Of a DNA stretch of 64,000 nt, positions 40,406-54,350 are shown one piece after another. The notes below the pieces were generated by a model, which had not been told where the DNA came from, ran no database searches, and worked only from the letters and a program-made list of their open reading frames with translations. Position 1 is the first letter of the stretch; every line of letters starts with the position of its first letter. Source of the stretch: Octopus vulgaris (lineage: Eukaryota); assembly GCA_951406725.2 (NCBI GenBank), contig OX597821.1, positions 102,114,001 to 102,178,000 of the forward strand. The letters are read 5' to 3'. The position numbers were made by a program, and so were the translations under genes.

Positions 40406-40985
40406 ATTTAGGCTTAATTTAGATAGCTTTGTCAAGCAGTGCCAGCTGATAGGACAATCATATTAATTTTTGTGTTGATTTTTCTTTTCTGTGTTCCATT
40501 GATGCATTTTTTGTTTCATTTCAGATTTGTATGTTTTCTTCTCACTTTAATCAGTTAATCAATTGGTTTTTAGGATTCATAATCTTAATTTTACTTTTCC
40601 AGTGTGTATTTTACTATAGCTCATGTTTTGTGAGAGAACCTGTAATCTTATTCTGCCTTTCTCTAGCTAGGCCCTCATGTAGATAAATTTCTTATAAAGA
40701 CATGTCTACAGAAATTGCCACATTCCAAGTTGTATTAACTCTAGAACTCCATTCCTGTCCATGTATTTCTACACACTAACTGCTAACATTTAACACTTCT
40801 TAACATTGATCACACTTTAAGAAGGCGTTTGCAGACTGCCAGTGCTAAGCTGGCCCCTCTTTATTTTATGTTAATCTATTTATAAAATTACTGGGATGCA
40901 TAATTATAAGACCTTTAAATATAATGATAAATTAACTTTTGTTTTCTTCTTTATTAAAGTTATTTATTTGTTCTGCCCCATGCAG

Positions 40986-41324
40986 CATTTCCAGCCTCAG
41001 ATGACAGAATCAAACATTCCAGTGTTGGAGAAAAATTTGATAAACACCATAAGGTCAGTTTACATCAATCATCAAAATCATCAGACAGATCATTATCTGA
41101 GAAAATTAAAACTGGACCGCCTAAAGATTTGCAAGATGTTGTTGCACAGAGGACTAGCCAGTGGGTTCAAAAAGGCGGACAGTTGCAAGAGACATCAATC
41201 AAGGATAATTTTCGCAAGGATAATACTCATGTTCATAATTTCGATAATACAGGAGTTAAGAGACAACGACGGGACAGTGAAGGTAGTAGATCTCTTGGAC
41301 CTAGCACACCAAGGAAACTGGAAG
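40986..41324 (+). CDS. WAC: WAC exon D (disordered S/K/D/Q-rich region)
   Basis: catgcag acceptor and aag|gtaaat donor. 339 nt open, phase 1 to 1: (S)FPASDDRIKHSSVGEKFDKHHKV...KRQRRDSEGSRSLGPSTPRKLE. Locally higher GC/CpG than flanks. Confidence 0.85.
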
Positions 41325-42029
41325 GTAAATATTCAAAAATATATTCTTTCTATATTGCACACAGACAACACAGAATTTAATGTATCCACTATGTTTATTG
41401 TGAAACACAAACACATGCATGCTCATATACACCCATATATATATTAAAAAAATTTGAATTTTTCTACATTCATTTGTAAATAACTGTGTTTAAACATGCA
41501 AAAATAGATACTTTGATCAATAAAAGGTGATGAATAATGATTGAAGAAAGGATGGTGGATGTTAAAATATTGTTGGATATTAGTTTTAAAATGCTACGTA
41601 GTCATTAAAATAAAACCAAAAGATACTCTGGGATACTAATTCTATTCTCAGTACATTGCTGCTTTGGTCATATTTGAAAATGCAAATATCAGTAGAAAAA
41701 CTGTAGTTAGGTGAAACTATGTCTTACACCTGATTTGAACAGAATCCTAATCTCACAAGTGCATTTGGTGGTGATGATTTTTTTTCTTCTTTTGCAATGA
41801 TTTGCTTAGTAAAAAAAACCATACTTATTTGTACAAACTCCTTTTTTTTTTCTGTCTGTTAAATCCAATCGCTACGCTAGATTTCATCAACTCGACGCAC
41901 TTGTCTGTTTGTTTTCTTTGTCTCAGTACACTGTTATCCCTATCTACAAAGTACTATGTTGTTTGGAGAGTACATTTCTATTGCAGGTTTTATCTTTGAG
42001 GATTTAAGCTTAGTTCAACAATTTAATAA

Positions 42030-42920
42030 AAATGGTTGTCATGCATTTACTTCATTCTTTATATTAGTGAAGCCTGTCTCCATTTGATACCTATTCATGG
42101 TTATGGACTGGACTATATAGTTGTATTTACTGTTTGTGCATTTCACTGCATTTGTTACACGATTGCAACCCAAGATTATTTTCACTAGGCTCACTGGAAA
42201 TTGTTTCTCCACAGTTATTAGAATAAGCAATATTCAATGCATTTTATCCTCTAGATGTCACTCAGTTATTTTGGTTTGATAGTGCAGAAGAATTTAAGAG
42301 ATGTTGAATTGTAAGAGTTAAGCTTTTTGTCAGTTTCTTTATGCTCGGTGCTGCTCATATTCAGCCGTTTTTTGTTTGTGTGTTGTGAAAAGATTTCCCC
42401 ATGGAAAAGGTTTCCCCAAGTGTAACGGTTCTCTAAATTTTGATTTTTGTCATAGATGTCATAAAAGTTTGTGACAGACTTTTTGTCAGCAGTGTTTTTG
42501 TGTGTGATCACTGATTCTGGGTGGCTTAAAATAGTGTACAATTACTTCAATGGAGAAATCCTGGCTTTTGTTTTATTCTGCCACTAATGATTTGCTAATA
42601 AATAATTGCTTTGATTAGGTATTCTCTCAATTACTAAAAGTCACATTGTAATAAGAACTGACTTACCTTGGGGAAAATGTTCAATTGTGTCTATTGTGGA
42701 TAGAGTAGGTTTTAACCCTTTCACACACATCCAAAATATGATGTGCAAACTAATGTCTGTAGACAGTATGTAAAAATAGGTGTCAATCTTACTCACCTGG
42801 GAGAAAAATTGCTTTCCAGTAGATACAGCTATAGAGTAAAAAATATATAACTTCATCATTAAACAGCATTTTAATTTTAGCATTTTTGTTTTTATTGTGA
42901 ATGCATTTGTTTCCAAGTTC
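42030..42920 (-). mobile_element. possible old L1/Tx1-like endonuclease remnant
   Basis: Minus-strand FYDIY...ENRYTW, RL and GDFN-like positions in the expected order; heavily decayed. Confidence 0.35.
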
Positions 42921-43444
42921 AGTGCATTTTCTTTCCTTCGAATTGAAATTGTATGTTTGTAAAATTAACTAATTCCATTAAAATAACTACCTTAGTAAAA
43001 GTGGACCATTTTATTTGTCAATGAATGCATTCTCAGTGAAATTTAATTTTGAAAAGATGATGGCAGATAAAATTATACAGCTGTTAATTACAGGCAGTAT
43101 AGTATTTAATATTTTATAATTTGAATTTTGTTCTAAAATGAAAGAATATGCTGAACTATTTTCTGCTGTTTGCTTATATGCTGTCCAGTTTATTTAGCAG
43201 CAGTGATTTTTGTAGAGTAAACATTAGTCCTTTCTTGATTCTGTCCATAACAATGGATAGAATCATTTAATTTTCAAAATAATCATGAATTTGGAAAGGG
43301 TTTAGTAAAATAATTTTGGTAGATAGGCATATAGTATATACCAGTTTATTGCTTATTTTGAAATAAAATTTAACAAGATCTTACATTAACATACAAATGA
43401 TAATGAGACTGTAACTGAAATTTTAATATAAATATACAGCAAGT

Positions 43445-43632
43445 TGGTGAGGTGTCTGAATCATGAGTGTACCAGGTAAAATGCTTAACATTTCATCCAT
43501 CAACTTCTGCCTAGGTTGACTTTGCCTTTCATCCTTTCGGGATTGATAAAATAAGTACCAGTTGAGCAGTGGGGTCGATGTAATTAACTTACCTGCTTCC
43601 TGAAATTGCTGGCCTTATGCCAAAATTTGAAA
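43445..43632 (+). mobile_element. family C SINE
   Basis: gttgactttgcctttcatcctttcgggattgataaaataagtaccagttgagcagtggggtcgatg. Confidence 0.8.
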
Positions 43633-46600
43633 CTGGTATAAATATACAGTGCAAGTTTTAGGCTTGTTGGTAATATGGGATCATAGGTGATTGGGAGCAA
43701 GTTGGTTTTGAAAGAATTAAACTGATGCTGATAATTATGCTTCATTCCTCCCAGGCCAAATGAAAAAAAAAAAAAAAAAAAAATATTCATGTACCTTCAC
43801 CTCATTGAGCCTTATTTTACTGTGAAATAAAACATACATATTTCGAGATAAAATTGTTTGCATTTTGTTATGTGCTTTGGATGAAGCTAGCATATCAATC
43901 TGCAGAAAGTCCCCTGTGACTTATTTTTCCTCATCTTTATTAGCTCCAACCTAAAAACTAAATGCCTACACATTTGCTATTTAAAATAGCTTATAAATGG
44001 TTTTTACAGCATCAATTTTGTTTTTAAAATTCTACATTTTCAATGAAAAAACAAACATCATTTAACATGCTGGAATAATTTTCTTAAAAATATTATTTCT
44101 GAAAAAAAAAAAAAAAAAAAAAGAACAATGGCATTTTACATAACAAATGAAGATTACATATAATTCAGCATATTACTCCCCTTACTTTGGTCAGCTTAAC
44201 TGAAAATCGGTTCCAATATCGTATGTTTGGGGTTTGTGAATAGGCACTCAGTTGTGAATACTTTTTACAATTGCTTTGTAGAAAAACAAAATTTCTTAGA
44301 AATGTGTTTTATGCAGTGAGTAAGAGTTATTTTAAAAATAAAAATTCTTATGAATGAATTCTCAAATTTCCTTATGAATTATTGAAATATTTTCTGATGC
44401 CATTTTCATTTTGCATTGTTAATCCTAAACAAGATACCCACATGAGATGTTTATATATTTAGCATTCATTTGCCTTGATGTACACGGCAAATAATAAAGG
44501 CATCTTCAGAGATTTAAACTTGAGTACATTTGTAGGTGTTTAAACTGAGTTATTAGTTGTACAATTAGAATTATTTAGCCTATTAAGCTCTACACTCGCA
44601 GATGTAAATAGTAGTTTGATTCCTGATTGTCATCAGATGTCTTATTCCTCTATATGTACTTATTACTACACTGGATACAAGTTAAGAACTTTTATTTCTA
44701 AACAGTGTAGTAATGCTCTTATCTGCTGGGTCACTGATGCCTGTACAATTAATACTACATTTCTAGGTTATTTAAATTCATTTTTTAGTAAAGACAGTCA
44801 TACCAAGCTGATATCAGTGAGTGCTCTATGTACTGCTTCTTGAATTTTTTTAAAGTTTCTATTGTGGTTCTCTGTGAGTTATTAAAATATTATTCCACAT
44901 TTGGTATGTGATTTCATTTTCCATATTCAGCCATTCCTGAGTTAGGTGCTTTCCCCTCTGATTAAAGAAGCTTTTGTATGTTCTTCTGTTATGGTGTTTA
45001 GAGGTCTATCAATTTCTCTTTTATAAGACTTTCTGCTAATGTATGGAATGTTATAGATGCAGTTCTAATGTTCTAGCCATTTCTGGGCAGGTTAAACTTT
45101 GTGTGAAATCTGCAAGCTGAATAAAGGGGCTTTTGAATACAATTCTGATTCTTTGAATTATCTCTTACAATCTCTTGTAGTAAGATAGACTTGTTGAAAT
45201 TTGGTTTATTCCCCTACTTTGTGCTTCAGAGTGACTGTGAGTCTTATATGATGAGTTTGTTTTGGATGAGTCATAATCAAATGGTTAAGAAGTTCACTGC
45301 GCAATCATTAAGATCCTGAGTTGATCCCATTGCATAGCATTTTGTATAAATTGGCCCAAGCATTGTGAGTGAAATTGAAGTGGAAACTATGCAGAGGCCC
45401 ACCAGATGGATTATATCTGTAATTCAAAGATCCAGTCTTGTGTATTGTCACTAATTTGGCCTGAGAATTACATTAAGATACATATCTATGGTATACTCAA
45501 CCACTTACATGGTAATTTCAGTAGGTAGTTCCAATGACTGAGCAATTAAATGCTAATTATCAACACTAATAGAAGATCCGTCATATCCTTCATATTTGTA
45601 TCTGTTATTCAAGAATGTAGTTTTGAGATAATTTCTTTTGTATGAGCTGCTACATTATTTCAGGTAGTTTTAATCTGATATTGTAACCATTTCCTTTCTT
45701 AACACTGTTTGGATGGATAGACTCATAATTTATGTAATCTACTGGCAGTAGACTTTTGCTGTGCAGATATTCTTAACATCTGTTATTTGTAGTTGTTCCT
45801 TTTTTTTTTATAATCATAACTATGTGGTGCCAACTGTTGATAACCTGCATTAGTTATTTGACCTCTGTTTCATAATTAAATCATGCATGAAGATCAGTAA
45901 TATACTGGACAATTTTAATTTACTTCACAGCTATTCTTATAAAATTGACAATTGTATAAATAATCAAAATTATACAGTCAAATGAAAAAAGAAACAAAGA
46001 AAAACTCAACTTATTAGATAGATATCTAGTCATAAGGTGTATTACCACAGTTGGATTAATTTTTATGTCTTATATAAGAAAACAGTGATACAAGCTGTTG
46101 AAGGATGCAGTCGAACACTTTTGATAATTGATACACAGCCTTAGTCTTTCAAACCATAACTATTTCATTAAATCCTGGTAAACCCTGCAAATGAACATGG
46201 AAAATGAGAACAAGTATTTTTTTTTTTATAGCTAGTTCTCTATCCTTTTACTACTAACCAGTTAACCCTGAAGTAGCAGTGGTGGTGGCAGTAGTAGTAT
46301 GCATGTTAAATAAAGTGACTTAGTTCGGGATAGAAAATAGTGAAGCCAGCTGAACTTGTGGTCATTGGTTTAGCACAGAAATACTACAACTCTACGTTTT
46401 TATATTTCCAAAATCTATTTTATGATGTATTCAGAAGAGGGTTTTTGTATTATTGCAGTACTTACTCAGACTTTACTCTGTGCAAATGTTAGTTTCTTTT
46501 TGACCAACCACATGAGCTCATTACTTTAGCAGAGAAGAATGTTCTGACAATAATGCTTTCTCAAAGAGTATTAGTAGCAAGAGTAAAAGGATGAACTTGC

Positions 46601-46942
46601 ATCTTCATAGGAAGTGAATAACTCACTATCAAGTGAGAACCAGCTTTCTGGGAGCTTACTTCTTGATTTATAGGGATTTAGACTAACTGTGAATATAAAC
46701 ACTAATACAGATTAGAGAAGACACTTTAGTCCTGCTTCAAACAACTGCTTTCTGAAATTTAACCAAGTCTGTACTGTAAATTGCTAGAATGGTATCTAAG
46801 CCAAAAAAAACTGTCATACACAACAAAGATGGCCAGATTTCTTTGTTGCTGATTATGCCAGATGAAAGATTGCACTGAGTGGTAAGACAACCCATTCCAG
46901 CATGAAAAAAATAGATGTTAAATGATGATTATCACCATAGCC

Positions 46943-47071
46943 TTGTTATCATTAAGTTAGTTAGGAACATAAATTGTGACTAAGGTTTGGTGGAAGATTT
47001 TAATTTAAAACTTATAAAAACAAGACATTTGTACTACAGAGCTGGTTTCAGCCAGGTTGGTATCAAAAGGG
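46943..47071 (-). mobile_element. partial inverted copy of the piggyBac-type MITE
   Basis: ttaggaacataaattgtgactaaggtttggtggaagat...gctggtttcagccaggttggtatcaaaaggg|ttaa is the reverse complement of 24696-24830. Confidence 0.8.
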
Positions 47072-47564
47072 TTAAGGTATTCACAACAAACGCATCAGAA
47101 CTTGTTCCACATTTGTACAATTTTATTGAAGAAATTGTCATGATCAAACATTTTACAAGATAGATTAAAGCAAGTTCTCATGAGAACTTTGTTGCATTCT
47201 TCCATTTCCAGGTTAATCTAATAGCAGATCTGTTATTGTCCATTGTAATAGTACGCAGGCAATTTATGGACACTGGGCATAATACTAATTCAAGGGCCAT
47301 TCACATATATTTTTGGGACTTTCATAATTGTCTGCTAAACAGAGATAAGGCATAATGCAAAATGCTTTTAACTTTTTCAATGTGGACTCAAGTTAAACTA
47401 TTGACAAGCGACAACTCTAAATGGATAAAGACTATTGATGCTATACAAGAAATTGAAGGGTAATAATGTCACAATCGGAAATATTGTAGAGATTTCTTGA
47501 AACATTACCAGTTTGTTGTTCCTGTTCCTTAAACTATCTGGAAAATCCCATTTTCTACTATGGA

Positions 47565-47565
47565 A

Positions 47566-47631
<66 letters not shown>
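47565..47631. repeat. (CT)n microsatellite
   Basis: Directly visible. Confidence 0.95.
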
Positions 47632-47637
<6 letters not shown>

Positions 47638-50161
47638 GGATTATTTAATGATACTTGGAGACTGATACCACTCAATTATGCACATCTTATTGTGTACAGT
47701 CCCCCCCCCCATTCAATGAGTGCATGCATTATTTTACATCCATGGAACAACGGATGTCAAGTATAATTGGTTAGAATCTATTACATGCAGGTAGATGCTA
47801 AAATACTTTTTGGCATTTGGTTGTGTCCCTTTATATTTTAAATTAAAATCCTTTCCTGGCCCACTGTTATTTTCATCATCCTTTTTTGTTGTTGTTCCCT
47901 TCACTGTCTTGATAAACGTGCACTGGGAGGTAGGAGTTGATGCAATTGACCAACTTGTAGAATGTGGTGGCTGGCATAGCTACTGTTAAATGATTGACAG
48001 TTGTATGAAAGTTTGAAGAAGTAAAATACAATTTTAATTAGTTATCAGGAGTGAAAATGATGAAAGATGGAGTAAGAAGGTTTGTCACTACTAATAACTG
48101 ATAGGGAGGGTAAAAATACAAGAATGACTAAGTGTTGTTTCATAAATCTGTTATGGTTCTAAGACACAAGTGTGTTCTGATTTTTTTTTTTTTTTAATGG
48201 AGTAGAGTATTAAGTAATTTACATAGTTTGAAGCTAGAACAGACTGAAACATCACTTACATTCATGTCTGCAAACAACGGTTTTTTTTTTTATTTCTGTG
48301 GTAAACTTTATAAAGTTAAATTCATTTAGTAAATGTAGACAGGTGCTTGTTTTGTTCAGCTATATCAGTATGACAGCAAGACAACTTCCTGATACCAGAT
48401 TTTTCTGTCAGTGTTTTTATTTCCTTATTCTTTTCACTTAATGTCTAATATGGCACCTGAAGACCAGTCAGAAAATTGATATAATCCAAAACTTCTTCAA
48501 ATAAAAACAGTTATGGTTATAGTTATAAAATGAAGGCAATACCCCAAATTATTTTTTATTTAGGTCTTACTTGTTTTAGAATTATTGAAAATACAGTTGA
48601 GTCCTAAAATATTTCTATTCTTTATTCATTCAAAATGAAAAAAACTGTTTTTAAGATTATAATTTACATCATAATAGAAATTAATTTTTTTTCTTACAAT
48701 ATTGGTGTTAGGAGGTACATCCAGCCGTAGAAACCTGGTGTAGCTCTCTGGCTTACCCAGTTCCAGTTAAACTGTAAAATCCATGCTACCATGGAAAAGA
48801 GACATTAAATGATAATGATGATTCTGCATATGGTTTCAGTTGCTTTGGTTTCCTATTGTTCATTCCTGGGTGTGTACATGGTATCAGGCACATTAATTGA
48901 AAGTATAAACTTCAGTTTGTGGTATTTTCATCATTAGTCAAGCCATTAACTGCCTGGTCTCTCAAACACTATGCTAGAATTATTTCAATTGATTTGTATC
49001 ATAGCTTTTAATTAATAAACACGTAAAAAAAAAATTTTTTAAGTCATCGTCAAAAAAATCACCTGGTATATATTTTCTCATGAATTATTACTTGTGCTGT
49101 TGCTGCTAAAGTGTTTTATCATTAAATGTTTCTTAATTTCATAAGATTGAAACTATGAAATGACTGCAATTTATTATTTTTTAATGGTTTGGAGACTAGA
49201 GAAACAAAACAAATGAATTTTTGTTAGTGCATTAAAAGTATTATCTCGAGTGTAATATAACTGGTTATACTGCTTCTTTGCAAGCAATTGATGTATGGTC
49301 TGTGTCCTGTTAATGATCCTCTTTCTCTTTTCTGGTTGATTGTAATAATTTAATATCACTTAGATTTTATTTACAGGACCTTTATTAAGATAGTTAGGTT
49401 CAAATACTTTTCAATTTTAATCAGTGCTAGATCTTTACATCTTTCATAGCAAAAATATCAAGACTTAGGTTTAAAAAAAAAATTGCTTTAAAGAGAAATC
49501 TCAAATCTTTTGTTTTTATTTCTTTAAATTTGTAGGTAACAGTGAATTCAAATAGCTATATTAAAGCTACTGCTGGTAGCTGATCCAATCCTTTAAATAG
49601 TTCAATAAATACCACATTTATTTAGATATAATGCAGACTCATATATGATGTGCATCACTAATATGTGAACCATAAAATGGTGGGAAATCAGAAAATATGC
49701 AATAACTTTTGTGTGTGTGTGTGTCTTTTATCTTTGAGGAAAGTGGTAAAAATGAAACTATTAATGACTCTAAAATAACTTGGTTTTCCTAAATTACCAA
49801 AACATTACCAAAATAGTCATCTATGTATCATACTTAACACACATGCATCATTGATAAGCAAGATAATGTGGTTTTCATCTGAGATAAAAAATCTCTTCGT
49901 GGATGTGATGTACTAAAACCAGGGTATATATATCAGAGGGAGAGGGTGGGGTATCATTTTGGCAGTGACTAGCGAGAATACCAGATGCATTTTGGCCTTC
50001 TTGGGCCTAGTAACTGCTTTAAGATATGTGAATCATGTACCACCCTCTGTGATTTCTATTCTTTTCAAAATACAGAAATTCTATGTTATATGTCATTACA
50101 TTTTGTAATGTATCTTGATTTGTTTTGATTTGTCTTGTCACGAGACAGTCATCTGCTTTTA

Positions 50162-53100
50162 TAGTCCTTGAGCCAGACCTCAAAATTTCTGTATCTGTAC
50201 CACATAGGGTGAATAATTCTTTTGGTAATTTTTGACTTGTTATATGTCTCTAGTTTCTATTTATATGATAGCCTTGTCAGAATGGTAGCTTAGTAGTTAT
50301 CACTTCATAAATAGACATACCTTCCATAAGAAACTGCAAATAAAAATTTCATGTGTTTTTATACTTAATATAAAATTGAATTGCTTATTTCATATGCATG
50401 ATATGTCTTGAACATAAAACCAAACATGACGCATCAAAACTGTTCAGTTTTCTTATGTGCACACAAGTCATGCCACTGGGAAAGTTTGTGTCAATTGTTT
50501 TCAAGTCAACAAAGATTTTCTGGTAGTATAACAGCTGCAGGTTAGCCAGGTTCTGGATCTGCCATGGATACACAGCATACCATGAAGCTAATCATCGTGG
50601 TCTTCCTCAAAATCCATCAGTTCTAATTCTGGCTCTCTGTTGCCGAATTCAGGAGCTTGGTTATCTCATGTTCGTAGCTTGCACCTGTATGTGCACCTCA
50701 GGCCATTGCTGAGGCAGCTGCATGCTGGTAGTTTGCAGGAACGCATACATTTGCAAAACAAAAGCTGAAAAACAGCATTCAGTGCAGGTGGGTTGTGCAG
50801 CCAATCAACGGCAAGATCACTCTCCTTGTCTAATGTCCAACCACAGTTGATGGGGCTTGGAATGAAGGGTTGAGCCTATAGACATCTTCTCCAGATGGCT
50901 GCTTGGTAGTTTGCATGAAAAGCATGCATGAACCACTATGGAGGTAGTTGACTCGACTCAATTTCTCCACATCTAGTGCAAAAGATCTGGTATCAAAGAT
51001 AATTTACTTCAGTTATTGAAGCAGAAGACATGTACATTTGGCATATTATCATCTGTAGTTTTTGAAATAATTCAGGAGATACATCCCAAGGCCACCCTAG
51101 TTCACTGAAGGCTTCTTGGAAGGTCTTGCTGGATTTCATCTGTTTGAACGTTGTCAGCTTTCCACAGCCAGCAAAGGCACTGACCGTATCACAGCCTGTG
51201 AAGGCATGCATGCCAATCTAAGCATCAGATTCCACCTCCCAGTGCATGACTCATTCATGAAGTGTGCGTGGACTTCAAGACATTCAATGTGGAGTTGAGA
51301 TATCATTGCATAATAGTAGGTCTGGAATCGAGCATAGTTCACCTTGTCATAGACAAAACACCATGAGATCATCTTTCAGATGGATGCAAGATGGAGGATC
51401 CAGTCGCGTTCTCTGGAAGCTCATATTAGCCCAAGCATGATCTCCACCATGTCTATGATAGGGCATCCAGAAAGCTGACAGACTGTAATGCATCTAAGGG
51501 ATTCAAGGTGAGTTTGAAACGGCTCCAAGATCCTTGTGCAGGACTCATTTCCAAGAACCTCTTGGAGGGACATCTGGCTGACACTGCTTTGAAAGTTACC
51601 TATGACCTCAATATTTCTGCTAGGTGAGGCACATCTTCTCCATGATTGTCCTCTATCCATGGGAGAAACCCTTTCCAGTCAAACCTCATTAATGCTTCAT
51701 ACATAAGTTTGTGTACCCTGACTGCACAGTTGTATTTGCGACCTGTTATGATCCCAGCCACTGATCCATCTGCTGTGACACCTGATTCAACACATATCCC
51801 TGAGCTCTGCATCTTGAAATCACTTACTGATGATAGAAAAGAGGTTGCTAAGGTGTGGAAAACTCCCATTCTGATGATTATGTTTCTATACTTGTCTCTT
51901 TTCCACACTATTTCAGCCGCCTTGGCATACAGTGCTTGGTCAAACACACAAACTATCTTGCTGAGCTGCAAGGAATCCATGATTCGAGTAGTTTGTTTCA
52001 GTACTTTATTCACATTGACCATGTCTGTTGCAGGAGCATTGACAGCTGGCAGGTAGCTCTGGACAATTGTGACATCATTGCAGGTGTGGATGCTGAATCT
52101 TGCTCAGCTGCTTGTTGTCTGGTTCCCTGGGTCAGATATTCGTGTCAAAAGCCAAACATGGTTCTTTTTGCATTTTTGACCTGTTGGTCACTGTCAATTT
52201 CTGATGTCTCAGTCAAGGTCAGTCCAGCTCGCTTGCTGCCCAACATTATAGATTGGTAACAACTATGGAAGAGGACTAATGCTTCTTTTCTTGAATTTGG
52301 CATCTACTGACACAAAATTCTGTGGCATGGGCCCTGAAACTTTGGGCTGGACAGTGATGCCGTTGACCCTGTGGGAGATGCCTCCACCACTAAGAGTCTC
52401 TTCAAGGCAGTCAGTATTGTCCCAAGCCACAGTTGTGAATACACCTGAGTAGATATTTCCGGGCAGTGGTATGCCGTTTTCCGAAACTTCCAACTTCTGG
52501 TTGCAAAGGGTTGTGTCTATCTCTTCAATCTGTAAGAAAGACTGTATCCAAAGTGATTCAGTGTCTGTATCAGTTTGGTGTTTCCTGTAAGAGACTTCAC
52601 AGCATATGATGTGGCTCAATGGCTTTGTTTTGCCACAGGTAACGGCAAACACCAGGTCACTTCCAAAAGAAGTAGCAAGACGCTTGACCCTTTCTGAGGG
52701 GTTTGTCCACTTGTTTTCCCCAGTCAACAAGAAATAGAGAAATTTGGTAAGAGTTGGGTATGACATTTTGCTTGGTGCTTAGTAGCCATGTTTGTTTGAG
52801 ATCTTGTTTCTTTTTTTGCTGTCTCAGCTGCACTGCTGCTTTGGCCAAAGAATCCTCAGACAGAATTGTCTTTAATTCTCACAGTTCCTGATCCAGTCTG
52901 TGGTGTTTTTTGATAAGATCATCCATGAAAAGACTGTCTGGGTTTACAAGGAGCTTGCTCTGGTTATTGGAAACGAAATGGAGTTCTAATCCCTGCTAGA
53001 TGTATGAACAATGTCATATGTGTTGTAGTCATGAACAGAAGTACTTCAGTATGAGTATTAGTGAAATTTTATAAATCTGGAGGTGGTGGGGGTCTACTGA

Positions 53101-53213
53101 GCTGAAAGAGTTACCACGTTTTTTTACACTCATAGTGACCCTATAAACATTCTAATACCACTTAGGTGTATTCACCTCAGATGGTACTACTAACTGACAT
53201 GGCTCATGGACTA
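50162..53213 (-). mobile_element. Academ (AcademX-type) DNA transposon, internally deleted and pseudogenised
   Basis: 5'-TAG...CTA-3' termini with TIR tagtccttgagcca / tggctcatggacta and flanks tta/ttg. Minus-strand fragments AWDNTDCLEETLSG, VFDQALYAKA...RMGVFH, XPG-like HAFTGCDTVSAF.G.GK, ANYQAAIWRRCL and Cys-rich CKCMRSCKLPACSCLSNGLRCTYRCKL. Confidence 0.8.
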
Positions 53214-54054
53214 TTGTGAATTTCATTTTTATAAAACTTTAAAATTAATAATTTTTGTTAACTTTTTGGATAAAAAAATTACCATTGAACTTTTACTAGA
53301 CTTGATTGTAAAAGTACACCTATTGTTTAATGATTAACAGAATAGCTTTTAACTAGAAAACCATTTTGATAATTCACTTTACTTTGTGTTGTCACAGAAC
53401 AAATGCTTAGCAAGATTTTTCTATTACACATTTTAAAAAACAATCTCTGAATTTTTACATTTTAAATGTCAGGTGTTTATGATCTGGCAATTTTTTTTAA
53501 TTATAAAAAATACAATATATATTACTTGATATTAAAATTATTTAATAGTATAGAAAGAAACATTTAAATTGTGTGTGTGTGTGTGAGATTCTGGTTGAAA
53601 CACATTTGTGCTCTAATGTGTTATTGAATTACAAACGAAATTTTAAAAGGGTTATGCTCTTATAGCCGTGTACATACAGTCTTAGGAAAAGTATGGGCAT
53701 CATATTAACAGAAACTAAGTACATATTGTCATTTTGCTGTTTCCATTATGGTTTTATATTTTATTTTCGAATCGTTTGTTTGGAAAATAGTAAGTAACCT
53801 TTAGCAATACAATTTTATGAGCATACTTATGAAATCTAAAGAACATTTAATGTATTATCACTATTATAGAAGAAGATAACATTATAGTAATTTAAACTCA
53901 TTACACATCATCTAGCTTGAACAGCAGTTATAACTTGTACCTTCCTGAGTACGACGACCTTGCTCATACAACTAGAAAATGGGTAACATTTCTCACATGT
54001 ACGGCACATCTATAATTTTTAGGTTAAGAATGTGGAAAAAAATGTGTATTCTTC

Positions 54055-54350
54055 ATCATTATCACAGCTTTCACTTCTCCATGCTTGCTTGGGTTAGACA
54101 TAACTCATTGAGGAAGATGTTCTTTGGTCAGGTGCCCTTCTTGTCACCAAACATCGCCTGTTTTCAAGCAAGGTAATACTCTGCCAGGACCAGATATGTT
54201 CCCACAGAAAAGCAGAAACAAATGACTGCTAAATGGTGACACTTGTTTACAACTTTGACGTGCAGTATCAAGTAAGGAACATGCATCTGTGTGCAGGTAC
54301 ATGACATGCATCATTCAGATTCTGTCTAGCAAATTCATTTATAAGGCTTT
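54055..54350 (-). mobile_element. decayed composite SINE
   Basis: catcattatcacagctttcacttctccatgcttgcttggg...ggtgcccttcttgtcacc...ttcaagcaaggtaata, homologous to 15225-15630. Confidence 0.55.

Noticed and set aside
40896-41447. 183-aa ORF as a stand-alone gene
   Set aside because: It is the +1 frame of WAC exon D plus intronic flanks; treated under the overlapping-ORF finding instead.
49505-49542. Recursive splice site (tttgtag|gtaaca) in the 20-kb intron
   Set aside because: Weak donor, and such motifs are expected by chance in AT-rich DNA; needs nascent RNA-seq sawtooth evidence.
50993-52848. Functional host nuclease/CXC gene on the minus strand
   Set aside because: Many stops and frameshifts, no introns, and bounded by TIRs: a transposon pseudogene.
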